From assembly GCA_964462545.1 (NCBI GenBank), contig CAYWXR010000008.1:57814-121813 (forward strand): a DNA stretch of 64,000 nt, given 5' to 3'. The notes beneath the pieces were generated by a model. It did no database searches. It was not told where the DNA came from and was given only the letters and a program-made list of their open reading frames with translations. The stretch is from an uncultured Thermomicrobiales bacterium. GTDB lineage: Bacteria > Chloroflexota > Chloroflexia > Thermomicrobiales > CFX8. The position numbers were made by a program, and so were the translations under genes. Position 1 is the first letter of the stretch; the number at the start of each line of letters is the position of its first letter. Positions 38,612 to 47,149 of this stretch are shown here, one piece after another.

Positions 38612-38908
38612 ATGATCGGTGTGCTGATCCTGTTTGAGACCAATGGAGCACTCACGCTCGATGAGGCAATCGAGCGTTTCAACACTACCGCACCCAACTA
38701 CCGCGGCCGCGACGGTCTGCATTCGAAGGCCTACATCTACGAAAACAACGGCCAGTCACTCGGCGGCTTCTATCTCTGGGAGTCCCGCGAGGCTGCCGAC
38801 GCGATGTACACCGATGCCTGGAAAGAAAAGGCGACCTCGATCTACGGCGTGCCGCCGGTCATCCGGTACTTTGACGCCCCGGTGTACATCGACAACCACA
38901 GCAACTAA
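38612..38908 (+). CDS. YdhR-like putative monooxygenase (dimeric alpha-beta barrel)
   Basis: TAPNYRGRDGLHSKAYI...GGFYLWESREAA. Confidence 0.75.
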   Translation: MIGVLILFETNGALTLDEAIERFNTTAPNYRGRDGLHSKAYIYENNGQSLGGFYLWESREAADAMYTDAWKEKATSIYGVPPVIRYFDAPVYIDNHSN

Positions 38909-38934
38909 CAGTCAGGTCGCCGGACTCCCGGCGA

Positions 38935-39402
38935 CTATTTTCTTCCTGTCTGCACCAGCATCGAGCCTGCAGTCAGCGCAATGCCGTCTTCCAGCACAGC
39001 AAAGACCGGGTCGGGCATCCCGGTCCATTCCCCGAGTTGCTTCCGCACGTAATAACCGGCGTAGCTTCCGGCCATTGCCCCGGCACTGCCAATCACCGCA
39101 CCAAGCGCGGCTGAACCTTCCAGACGGTTCGCCAGCAACCCGCCTGCCAGAGCGCCCATGGTCGCCCGGCCAAACAGCGACCCGGGGTTCAGACGACTGG
39201 GCGTGAACGGCATCTTGTCGATCACCAGTTCGGACCCGGCACCGAGATAGATGGCGCGCCGCACCAACGGGTGCGACAGCACTGGTTCTTTCGCTGTCCT
39301 GGCCAGAAATGCCAGCGGCAATTGGGAGCGTAACCCTGCGACGATACCGATTGCTGCGGCACGGGCGATCGCCGGCCCGCGTCGTTTCGATTTCCAGATC
39401 AT
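38935..39402 (-). CDS. DUF4126 family membrane protein
   Basis: GIVAGLRSQLPLA, ELVIDKMPFTPSR, PDPVFAVLED. Confidence 0.78.
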   Translation of the reverse strand: MIWKSKRRGPAIARAAAIGIVAGLRSQLPLAFLARTAKEPVLSHPLVRRAIYLGAGSELVIDKMPFTPSRLNPGSLFGRATMGALAGGLLANRLEGSAALGAVIGSAGAMAGSYAGYYVRKQLGEWTGMPDPVFAVLEDGIALTAGSMLVQTGRK

Positions 39403-39527
39403 CAGGTTCTCTCTTCCAATCTCCAGATGTCATGTTTCAGGCGACTAATTTCACTTGATCGTGCTAGAACATCCGTGCTATTCTACGACCAGAACAAATG
39501 TACGTACGCCGATTGAGGGGAGCAGGC

Positions 39528-40154
39528 ATGGTTGCCGAGAAGGAGCGCCAGGGATGCCAGCGTGAGCGACTGGCCCCGGAGCAGTTCCGGCTTGCAGGAC
39601 GCCGGGTGTTCGAGGAACGGGTTTCGACACTCGACCAGGAAGCCGGGGCATTCTCGATGGACGAACTGCGGTTGGCGCTCGGCGCGATCCGGCTCGCATT
39701 GAAAACTCTTACCTTCCATCTGCCGGAGCAGGCCTTCGACGATCAACCGGCAGATGCGGAAGGCAACGAAGTCTGGACCGCCGGGCAAATCATCAACCAT
39801 CTCGGTGCAAGCCAGATCCTCATGGCCGGTTGGCTCAACACTGCGCTGAACATCGCGTTTGATCCGGAAGACCATCCGCTGATCAACCTTACCGATTCCG
39901 GCACACCGGGAATGCTCAGCCGGGAACAGGCATTGCACATGCTCGACGATGCCGAACCGGATCTGGAACAGTTGTTTGAATCTATTCCGGACAAACTGGA
40001 TAGTGAAACCGGTGCCTTCCATCCCCTCTTCGGTGACGTGACGATTGCCGGCGGCGTGCTGGCAACGATCATCCACGAGCAGGTTCATCTCGAGCAGTTG
40101 CTCAATCTTCGTGAGACGTGCATGGGTGCTGTGGTGACAGGAGAAACGCGATGA
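39528..40154 (+). CDS. DinB/YfiT superfamily protein
   Basis: WTAGQIINHL...HPLFG...IIHEQVHLEQL. Confidence 0.72.
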   Translation: MVAEKERQGCQRERLAPEQFRLAGRRVFEERVSTLDQEAGAFSMDELRLALGAIRLALKTLTFHLPEQAFDDQPADAEGNEVWTAGQIINHLGASQILMAGWLNTALNIAFDPEDHPLINLTDSGTPGMLSREQALHMLDDAEPDLEQLFESIPDKLDSETGAFHPLFGDVTIAGGVLATIIHEQVHLEQLLNLRETCMGAVVTGETR

Positions 40155-40507
40155 CCAAACACGAGATCGTCTGGATCGAAATACCGTCTTCAGACCGGAA
40201 ACAATCCGCCGAGTTCTACGCGAAACTCTTTGGCTGGACCATCGACAACTCCCTGGAAGACATGGACTACACGATGTACAGCCCACCTGCCGGGCCGGGT
40301 GGCGGATTCCCCGAACTGCGAGACGGGTTCGAACCAGGCGATATTCTCATCTCGGTCAGCACCGATGACATCGATGCATCGCTCGCCCTCGCAGAATCGC
40401 TCGGCGGCAAGACAATCGTTCCCAAATCGGAGATACCGGGCATCGGCTGGTACGCTATCTTCGAAGACCCGACCGGAAACAATATCGGACTCGTCTCCAA
40501 CGACTGA
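40151..40507 (+). CDS. VOC/glyoxalase family protein
   Basis: IVWIEIP...FYAKLFGW...GGKTIVPKSEIPGIGWYAIFEDPTGN. Confidence 0.9.
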   Translation: MTKHEIVWIEIPSSDRKQSAEFYAKLFGWTIDNSLEDMDYTMYSPPAGPGGGFPELRDGFEPGDILISVSTDDIDASLALAESLGGKTIVPKSEIPGIGWYAIFEDPTGNNIGLVSND

Positions 40508-40536
40508 GCTGTTTGAACGATTCAGGAGATGGCCCC

Positions 40537-41040
40537 ATGAACGATCTGTTGCAAGACCTCGTCGCACACAATGCCTGGGCAACCCGCACCCTGCTCGAGG
40601 CGTGCACTCCCCTGGATGAAACCCAACTGTCGGCTTCCATTCCGGGATCGTTTGGGGATATCCGCGAAACGTTCATGCATTTCGTCACAGCTGAACGGTG
40701 GTATCTCGCCCACCTAACCGGTGAGCATCCCGGACCTGAGTGGTATGAGGAAGAAGCCAACCTTGATTGGGTCAGCACCCGCTTTGCCGAACTGGATCCG
40801 GTCTGGCAACAGGTTCTGTCCGAACCCATAGATATTGAACGGGTGATCCGGGCATCTGACGATGATGGCGGAGCCTGGGAGTTCACTGCCGGGGTGGTGA
40901 TTGCCCAGATCTTCAACCACGCCAACGAACACCGGGAGCAAATCTGCGCAATCATGACGGAAATCGGTATCCAGCCACCGGAAATTGATGGTTGGAACTA
41001 CAGTGCTGCATCCGGCCGTGGCTGGCGTGTCGAGGCTTGA
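40537..41040 (+). CDS. DinB family protein
   Basis: HNAWAT, IRETFMHFVTAE, NHANEHREQI, PPEIDGW. Confidence 0.88.
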   Translation: MNDLLQDLVAHNAWATRTLLEACTPLDETQLSASIPGSFGDIRETFMHFVTAERWYLAHLTGEHPGPEWYEEEANLDWVSTRFAELDPVWQQVLSEPIDIERVIRASDDDGGAWEFTAGVVIAQIFNHANEHREQICAIMTEIGIQPPEIDGWNYSAASGRGWRVEA

Positions 41041-41052
41041 CAAGGGGACCAT

Positions 41053-41646
41053 GTGACCACACCAACCGATCTCCAGCCACTCCTCTCCCAGTACACATTC
41101 GGGGTTGAGCAACTTCTCGACCGCCTTGTGGGAATGTCCGACGAGGAGTATCTATGGGAGCCGGTTGAAGGATGCTGGAGTATCCGGCCGCGATCCGAGG
41201 CTCGTTCCAATGCCCCGGTCGGCGGGGACTGGATAATGGACCTCAGCCGTCCGGAGCCGGACCCGCCACCGTTGACGACCATCGCCTGGCGGATGACCCA
41301 CCTTTCCTCAAGCCTCGCTGCCCGTGCAGACCACACGAATGGAACCCGGTCGGTTACCCGTGATGACCTGGTCATTGCTCGCACGGCAGAAGAGGCAATC
41401 GAGTACTTCCGGCTCGCCAGCAGTCAGTGGCAAGGCGCACTCGAAAGCGCCGGCGAGGAACGTGTCCACGAGGTTGGCTACAGCCAGCTACCGTGGGGAC
41501 TCGATCCCCAATTGCCGTTCATCGAGATCGCCTGGTGGGTCAACAAGGAACTGATCCATCACGGAGCCGAAATTGCCTTGCTCCGCGATCTCTACCGGGC
41601 CAGCCAGCAGTCAGGTAGACGGTTTCTTTCCTGGCAGGTATCGTGA
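41053..41646 (+). CDS. DinB family protein (actinobacterial type)
   Basis: SDEEYLWEPVEGCWSIRP, PPPLTTIAWRMTH, ELIHHGAEIALLRDLY. Confidence 0.88.
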   Translation: MTTPTDLQPLLSQYTFGVEQLLDRLVGMSDEEYLWEPVEGCWSIRPRSEARSNAPVGGDWIMDLSRPEPDPPPLTTIAWRMTHLSSSLAARADHTNGTRSVTRDDLVIARTAEEAIEYFRLASSQWQGALESAGEERVHEVGYSQLPWGLDPQLPFIEIAWWVNKELIHHGAEIALLRDLYRASQQSGRRFLSWQVS

Positions 41647-41685
41647 CGGTACGAAACAGCCAATGCCGGAAGGAAACGTAAAGCC

Positions 41686-42252
41686 GTGAGCCACGAACCG
41701 AATCACCTGGACCTGCCTGAGGGACTACCGGAACCGGTGGATGATGGAGCCTGCGACCATCTGCCGGGGATGCAGGTCCCGCCGGTTACGCTCACAGCCA
41801 CCACCGGCCAGCAGGTTTCGCTGACGGAACTTCCCGGACGGATTGTGATCTATTGCTATCCAAAGACCGGCAGACCGGACCGGCCCGTCTCGGATGAGTG
41901 GAACCAGATTCCCGGAGCACGAGGTTGCACGCCGCAATCGTGTTCGTTCCGCGACCACTACCGCGAACTGCAGAATCTCGGCGCAGACGTGTTCGGCCTG
42001 AGCAGTCAATCAACCGACTACCAGCAGGAAGCCGTCGAACGGCTTCACCTGCCGTTTGCGTTGCTCAGTGACGAGAACCTGGAGTTCCAGCAGGCGCTCC
42101 GGTTACCGACATTCGAATTCGAGGGTGAAACACTCATCCGGCGTCTGACCATGATCGTCCGCGATGGCACGATCGAACACGTCTTCTATCCGGTGTTTCC
42201 ACCGGATGCCGATGCCAACCGGGTTATCGAGTGGTTATCGACGCATTCCTGA
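41686..42252 (+). CDS. Peroxiredoxin (BCP-like)
   Basis: PVDDGACDHLPG, YCYPKTG, IPGARGCTPQSC, VFYPVFPP. Confidence 0.9.
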   Translation: MSHEPNHLDLPEGLPEPVDDGACDHLPGMQVPPVTLTATTGQQVSLTELPGRIVIYCYPKTGRPDRPVSDEWNQIPGARGCTPQSCSFRDHYRELQNLGADVFGLSSQSTDYQQEAVERLHLPFALLSDENLEFQQALRLPTFEFEGETLIRRLTMIVRDGTIEHVFYPVFPPDADANRVIEWLSTHS

Positions 42253-42264
42253 CTGCGGAGTGAC

Positions 42265-42729
42265 CTAGTACAACCCCTCGAAATTAACCAGCGCCGCATC
42301 CTCATCTACCGGGCCAACCACTTCCACCGGCCGGCCGCCGTGTGAGAGTACCTCACGGCAGGTAATCGCCAGCGATGTTGGCGGGTTACCGCGCAATGCC
42401 CTGCTGGTCGCTCCGCTCATGGCAAACACCACCCGCCCGATGCCGGCGTTGTAGAGCGCTGAGGTGCACATTGCACACGGTTCGGTGCTGGCATACATCG
42501 TGCAACCGGCAAGGAAGGTAGCGTCCCAGCGCTGGGCAGCGAGTTTCGCCACCTTCAACTCCGGATGGGCAGTGATGTCATTCTCGGAGACAGTCGTGTT
42601 CTCCTCCTCGAGGAGGACCCGCCCCTCGCCATCCACCAGCAGGGCGCCATATGGTGGATTGCCGTGCTCCCGTGCTCGCCCGGCAACCTCAATCACCTGT
42701 GCAACAAACTGGGCATCATCGGTTCTCAT
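42265..42729 (-). CDS. Nucleoside/nucleobase deaminase (CDA fold)
   Basis: GNPPYGALLV, TAHPE, STEPCAMC. Confidence 0.88.
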   Translation of the reverse strand: MRTDDAQFVAQVIEVAGRAREHGNPPYGALLVDGEGRVLLEEENTTVSENDITAHPELKVAKLAAQRWDATFLAGCTMYASTEPCAMCTSALYNAGIGRVVFAMSGATSRALRGNPPTSLAITCREVLSHGGRPVEVVGPVDEDAALVNFEGLY

Positions 42730-42929
42730 CCATCGGCTCCTGTTCTCTCCTGATGTACTCCCCCATACTCCCCAGTGTATCCCGAACAGCGCCGGTCATC
42801 CTGAACGATTGCCCAGTGTTTTTGCCTGATACCGGGGAAACCGGCACCACACGGATGATCCGGACGTGGCATCTTCACCATGCAATACGGAACGGGTGAA
42901 CCAAACTGGCTGACAGTGCAACAAACAGG

Positions 42930-43445
42930 TTGATGATGAACGACGAAACGCTGATCGCAGCAGTCGCTGCCGGCGATCACATGGCACTGAAAACCCTGTT
43001 TGAACGGCATGCGCCCTGGCTGGCACGCAGGCTACGCCGGTCGCTGCCTGCCGATGTCGTTGAGGATGTGCTGCAGGAAACCTTCATCGCAGTCTGGCGT
43101 AATGCCGGGCGCTATCAGGGCAGAGCAGATGTTGGAGGTTGGGTCTGGGGCGTTGCCCGCAGGCAAACGGCCCTTTGGTACCGGAAGAACAACCGCCCGG
43201 TACCGGTACTCGACCAATTTGCTGATCCGGACCCCGCGACCGTCGCAACGATCCGGGCGGACATCAACACGGCAATGGCAACGCTCACCAGCCAGGATCA
43301 GCAACAACTTGCCCGGATGGTGTTCATCGAGGAACGGTCCATAGCGGAGATAGCCGAGGTATTTGACATCCCCCGGGGCACCGTCAAGAGCCGCGTTTTC
43401 CATCTTCGACGCAAGTTGCAACAGGCATTGGGAAGGGAATCATGA
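42930..43445 (+). CDS. ECF RNA polymerase sigma factor
   Basis: EDVLQETFIAVWRNA (region 2), SIAEIAEVFDIPRGTVKSR (region 4). Confidence 0.92.
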   Translation: MMMNDETLIAAVAAGDHMALKTLFERHAPWLARRLRRSLPADVVEDVLQETFIAVWRNAGRYQGRADVGGWVWGVARRQTALWYRKNNRPVPVLDQFADPDPATVATIRADINTAMATLTSQDQQQLARMVFIEERSIAEIAEVFDIPRGTVKSRVFHLRRKLQQALGRES

Positions 43446-44164
43446 GCGTTCAGGAAGATATCGACCTTGAACGGGTCTGGACCGGCATCGCGGCCGAAGT
43501 GTGGGCCACCAAACCAGGCAGGATTGAGCAGATTGCCGGACGTCTCCTGCACTCTCCGGGGCTGGCAAGGGCCCTGGTGACCACACCATCGCTGGTAGGT
43601 TCGTGGCTGCTGGCAAGCATCGCCGTGCTGGCACTTGGGGCACTCTCTACCACCGGCAGCGAGGTGAACTGGGTCTCCCTGCTTGCTCCTGCGCTGGCAG
43701 GTGTTGCCATCTCCTTCGCATATGGCCCGGGCGTGGACCCGGCGTTCGAGCTATCGCAAACCATGGCAATTTCTGACCGGATGATCCTGCTGGTACGAGC
43801 GTCGGCGATCTTCGGGATCAACGCAATCCTGGGCAGCATTGCGTCACTTGCAACCCTTCCCGCCAGCGACCTCACCTTCGGATGGCTTGTCCCGATGACC
43901 GCAGTCTCCACCCTGGGACTTGCCATCGCCACCACCACCCGCTCATCTATCACCGGCGCAGCCGGCACGATCACGCTCTGGGCAGCCTGGGTGCTGGCGA
44001 ACGCCTACCCCCACTGGGCAACAGGCTCCACCAGTTCTGCCAGCGCACTAAACAACGCGGTGTCATCCGGGCGGCTCCTGCCGGTCTATCTCCTTGCGAC
44101 ACTCCTGCTGGTCGGCATTGCTCTCTTCGCAACCCGTAGTTCACGAATGGAGACCTTCCGATGA
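43442..44164 (+). CDS. Multi-TM putative anti-sigma factor
   Basis: ATGA coupling to the sigma gene; LERVWTGI...TTPSL..SWL; LAPALAG..AYGPGVDPAFEL. Confidence 0.7.
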   Translation: MSVQEDIDLERVWTGIAAEVWATKPGRIEQIAGRLLHSPGLARALVTTPSLVGSWLLASIAVLALGALSTTGSEVNWVSLLAPALAGVAISFAYGPGVDPAFELSQTMAISDRMILLVRASAIFGINAILGSIASLATLPASDLTFGWLVPMTAVSTLGLAIATTTRSSITGAAGTITLWAAWVLANAYPHWATGSTSSASALNNAVSSGRLLPVYLLATLLLVGIALFATRSSRMETFR

Positions 44165-44910
44165 CATATGGTGTAGAGGTTCGCGGCCTGAAGCACTCGT
44201 TCGGGCGGCGTGTTGCCCTTGACGACATCGACCTCGAGATCGGCCAGGGAGTATTCGGATTACTCGGTCCAAACGGCGCCGGAAAGACGACATTCCTGCG
44301 GACACTGGCCACCATCATTACGCCAACTTCCGGAACCATCTCACTGCTCGGATACAATCCCCGGCATGGCAAGGAACGCCGTGAACTGCGCCGGAGACTC
44401 GGCTATCTGCCCCAGCAACTCGGGTACTATCCCAACTTCACCGTCTTCGAGTTCATCGAGTACTTTGCACTCCTCAAGGAGATGCCGGCGAACAGTGTCC
44501 GCCCGGCGGTGACAAACGCCATTGAGCGGGTTGGTCTTGAAGAGCGGGCCACCTCGAAACTTAAATCCCTGTCTGGCGGAATGTTGCGCCGGGTCGGCAT
44601 TGCCCAGGCGATTGTCAATAATCCCGGTCTGCTACTCCTTGATGAACCTACGGCAGGGCTTGATCCTGAACAACGGGTAGGCTTCCGGGCTCTCTTGCGG
44701 GTACTCGGCCAGAGCAGCACAGTCATTGTCAGCACCCATCTAATCGAGGATGTAGCTACAGCCTGCACAGATGTCGCCTTGCTGGATGCCGGGAGGCTGA
44801 TCTTCCGCGGCACTCCGGATGCACTCGTCGCATTGGGCGACCAGTCTGATGCCGGAGACTCACCGCTCGAGCGAGGTTACACCCGGGTGCTGACCGGAGC
44901 ACGATCGTGA
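44161..44910 (+). CDS. ABC transporter ATP-binding protein
   Basis: GPNGAGKT, LSGGM, LLLDEPT, STH. Confidence 0.93.
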   Translation: MTYGVEVRGLKHSFGRRVALDDIDLEIGQGVFGLLGPNGAGKTTFLRTLATIITPTSGTISLLGYNPRHGKERRELRRRLGYLPQQLGYYPNFTVFEFIEYFALLKEMPANSVRPAVTNAIERVGLEERATSKLKSLSGGMLRRVGIAQAIVNNPGLLLLDEPTAGLDPEQRVGFRALLRVLGQSSTVIVSTHLIEDVATACTDVALLDAGRLIFRGTPDALVALGDQSDAGDSPLERGYTRVLTGARS

Positions 44911-46223
44911 ACAACACGCTGCACTTGATCCGGATAGAGACCAGACGCAACCCGGCCATCTGGCTGGTGCCGGTCATCGTCGCGGTAAGTTGGTGGATGC
45001 TCGGTTTCCAGTCATGGGCCGACTTCCTCTGGAGAAGCACGAACGAACTGTTGCAGACATCGACAGTACAGTTTGCGGCACCGGCATTAGCAGGAGCAGC
45101 AGCATGGGTAGCGAGCCGCGATCGGCGACATGGCATGCACGACCTGCTGGCCACCACCGCCGCGTCTCCCACCCGGAGATATCTGGCAATATGGTTTGCA
45201 ACCAGCGCCTGGGGACTGATCGCCTACGCCATCTTTGCCATCTACATGCTGGGGATAACCGCGCGTGCGGCAGTAGTCGGTGGGCCTGACCCAAAGTCGA
45301 TCGCGATCGTGGTACTGGCAATTCTGGCCCATGCACTCTGGGGATTGCACGCCGGACTGGTAATCCCCTCCCGCTTCACGGCCCCGATTGTGGCAATAGC
45401 CGCTCTGGGCATTCAGCAGTTTCTGGCGAGCCAGCAGGTAGCGTTCTCAGGAGGATTTGCGTCGACCTGGATCAACGAACTGGCCGCCCACAATGGACGG
45501 AACTGGTGGACGGCCGTCTTCTACGGCACGCTCATCGTCGCCGGGCTATCGGCCATCCTGACACTGGAACAACGGAACCGAAGGGCTGTCATGTCGCTTG
45601 CCGCAGCAGCGACCGGCGTGGTGTTCAGCATCGTTATGGTCTGGGGGACCTATCCGCAACTCTTTTCCGAAGGGTCGGAAATGCGGAACAACTTCGGACA
45701 GGTAATGAGCCTGCCTGCTTTCGATGCTGTTGCCGAAACGTGCAAGGGTTCCTCGGTGCAAGTCTGTGCTCCGAAAGAGTACGAACCAATTCTCGATCAG
45801 GCCGTCGCCGGCGCAACCAACATCTCCGCACCTCTCGCGGGGCTCGCTGGAGTTCCACAGACGCTACATGCGTTCGATCTCGGGCTCAGCACTGGCCCCG
45901 GACGGAAGTTTTCGCTCATCCTTACCCCCTGGGCCGACATACTTGTCGCCGATGAAGCCTCAATGATCGATAACCACCCTTCAAATGAAGCCCAGTTGGC
46001 AATCCGCGACTGGCTGTTACTTCGGGCTGGACATGAATCCGGTTGCCAATGGATTAGGGACAACGACTCACAAGACCCCTTCAACACAGGCTTCCCCACA
46101 CAGGAAACCTGCGAAGCGTCCAGGCGGTTTCTCAACCTGCCCGAACACGAACAACGAACCTGGCTGGAAGCTAACTACACCGCTCTGCGGACGGGGAAAC
46201 TGACGCTGGATGACCTGCCGTGA
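44907..46223 (+). CDS. ABC-2-type permease-like membrane protein with C-terminal extracellular domain
   Basis: Multiple TM; APALAGAAAW.ASRDRR; C-terminal CxxxxxxVC and WL..NY.ALR.G.LTLDDLP. Confidence 0.7.
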   Translation: MNNTLHLIRIETRRNPAIWLVPVIVAVSWWMLGFQSWADFLWRSTNELLQTSTVQFAAPALAGAAAWVASRDRRHGMHDLLATTAASPTRRYLAIWFATSAWGLIAYAIFAIYMLGITARAAVVGGPDPKSIAIVVLAILAHALWGLHAGLVIPSRFTAPIVAIAALGIQQFLASQQVAFSGGFASTWINELAAHNGRNWWTAVFYGTLIVAGLSAILTLEQRNRRAVMSLAAAATGVVFSIVMVWGTYPQLFSEGSEMRNNFGQVMSLPAFDAVAETCKGSSVQVCAPKEYEPILDQAVAGATNISAPLAGLAGVPQTLHAFDLGLSTGPGRKFSLILTPWADILVADEASMIDNHPSNEAQLAIRDWLLLRAGHESGCQWIRDNDSQDPFNTGFPTQETCEASRRFLNLPEHEQRTWLEANYTALRTGKLTLDDLP

Positions 46224-46825
46224 GAGCCGCACGACTCTTCCTGCAGTCACGTCGGACTGGCTGGACACTTCTCCTGATACTCGCCGCCGGTATCCTGGCA
46301 GGCGTGGTCTTCCGTCAGCTCAATACTGGTAGCGCCTTGCTCAACCAGGCGTTGATTGGGATCCCGCTCCTTCCGGCTGTCATCATCGGAATCTCAGTCC
46401 AGTCACCCTTCGGAGATGTTGAGCGGGCATCAGGGAACTGGTTGCTGCCATTCCGCTGGTTGCAACTCGGACTGCTTATCGTGCCAGCAGCATTGCTCCT
46501 GATAGTCTCCACGCTCAACACACCTTCCGAACCATCACTGGCACTGGTGCGCAACCTTGCCGGTCTCACTGGCATCGCTCTTGCCGGAAATCGAATTCTC
46601 GGCCCGTTGGCATCCTGGGTCGCGCCACTCGCCTTCGCTGTCGTCGCTCTGGTGATCGACCCACTCAGCCGTTGGGCATGGCTCACTAACCGGTCGGCCG
46701 AAGGCTGGTCGCTATGGATTGCATCAGGATTGCTGGTATCTGGATTGGTAGCAATCACGGTTGTCCGGGATCGGGAGATGGTTGCTGAAGGGGCTCAGGA
46801 GATGTCGACCTGGTGGAGGGGATAG
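46220..46825 (+). CDS. Membrane protein, last gene of the ECF-ABC operon
   Basis: About 6 TM; SPFGDVER, RNLAGLTG; GTGA overlap. Confidence 0.7.
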   Translation: MRAARLFLQSRRTGWTLLLILAAGILAGVVFRQLNTGSALLNQALIGIPLLPAVIIGISVQSPFGDVERASGNWLLPFRWLQLGLLIVPAALLLIVSTLNTPSEPSLALVRNLAGLTGIALAGNRILGPLASWVAPLAFAVVALVIDPLSRWAWLTNRSAEGWSLWIASGLLVSGLVAITVVRDREMVAEGAQEMSTWWRG

Positions 46826-47142
46826 TCACTTTGAATCGCGTTGCGGTATAGCGGTCCGTCCAGTGCCCAAAAAGGGGGCGGCAGCTACTCTCCAGGTGCA
46901 ATGTACGCCGCATCCCGAAGTGGTCAATGCAACGACAACATGCGCATCGATAAAGGTGGCCAACTAACTGACGATCCAATCATCACGCTCATCGCGAATC
47001 TTCCTGAATATACGGCCAGGGCCGATTGGTTCAACACCCCTCTCCCGGATGGCTTCAGGCTCTCGCAGCGCTCGACACGTTCCTGAAGTGCTTTGAGGGT
47101 TTCGGCGTCGATCGGGATAGTGATTGTCTCTGTGTTTTCCAT
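46810..47142 (-). pseudogene. Decayed vapBC-type toxin-antitoxin pair
   Basis: Antitoxin-like MENTETITIPIDAETLKALQERV, frameshift, ...AIRERGVEPIGPGRIFRKIRDERDDWIVS*; immediately followed by PIN N-terminus MATFIDAHVVVAL, then in another frame PIN C-terminus RDAAYIAPGE*LPPPFWALDGPLYRNA. Confidence 0.65.
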
Positions 47143-47149
47143 CCCGGCA

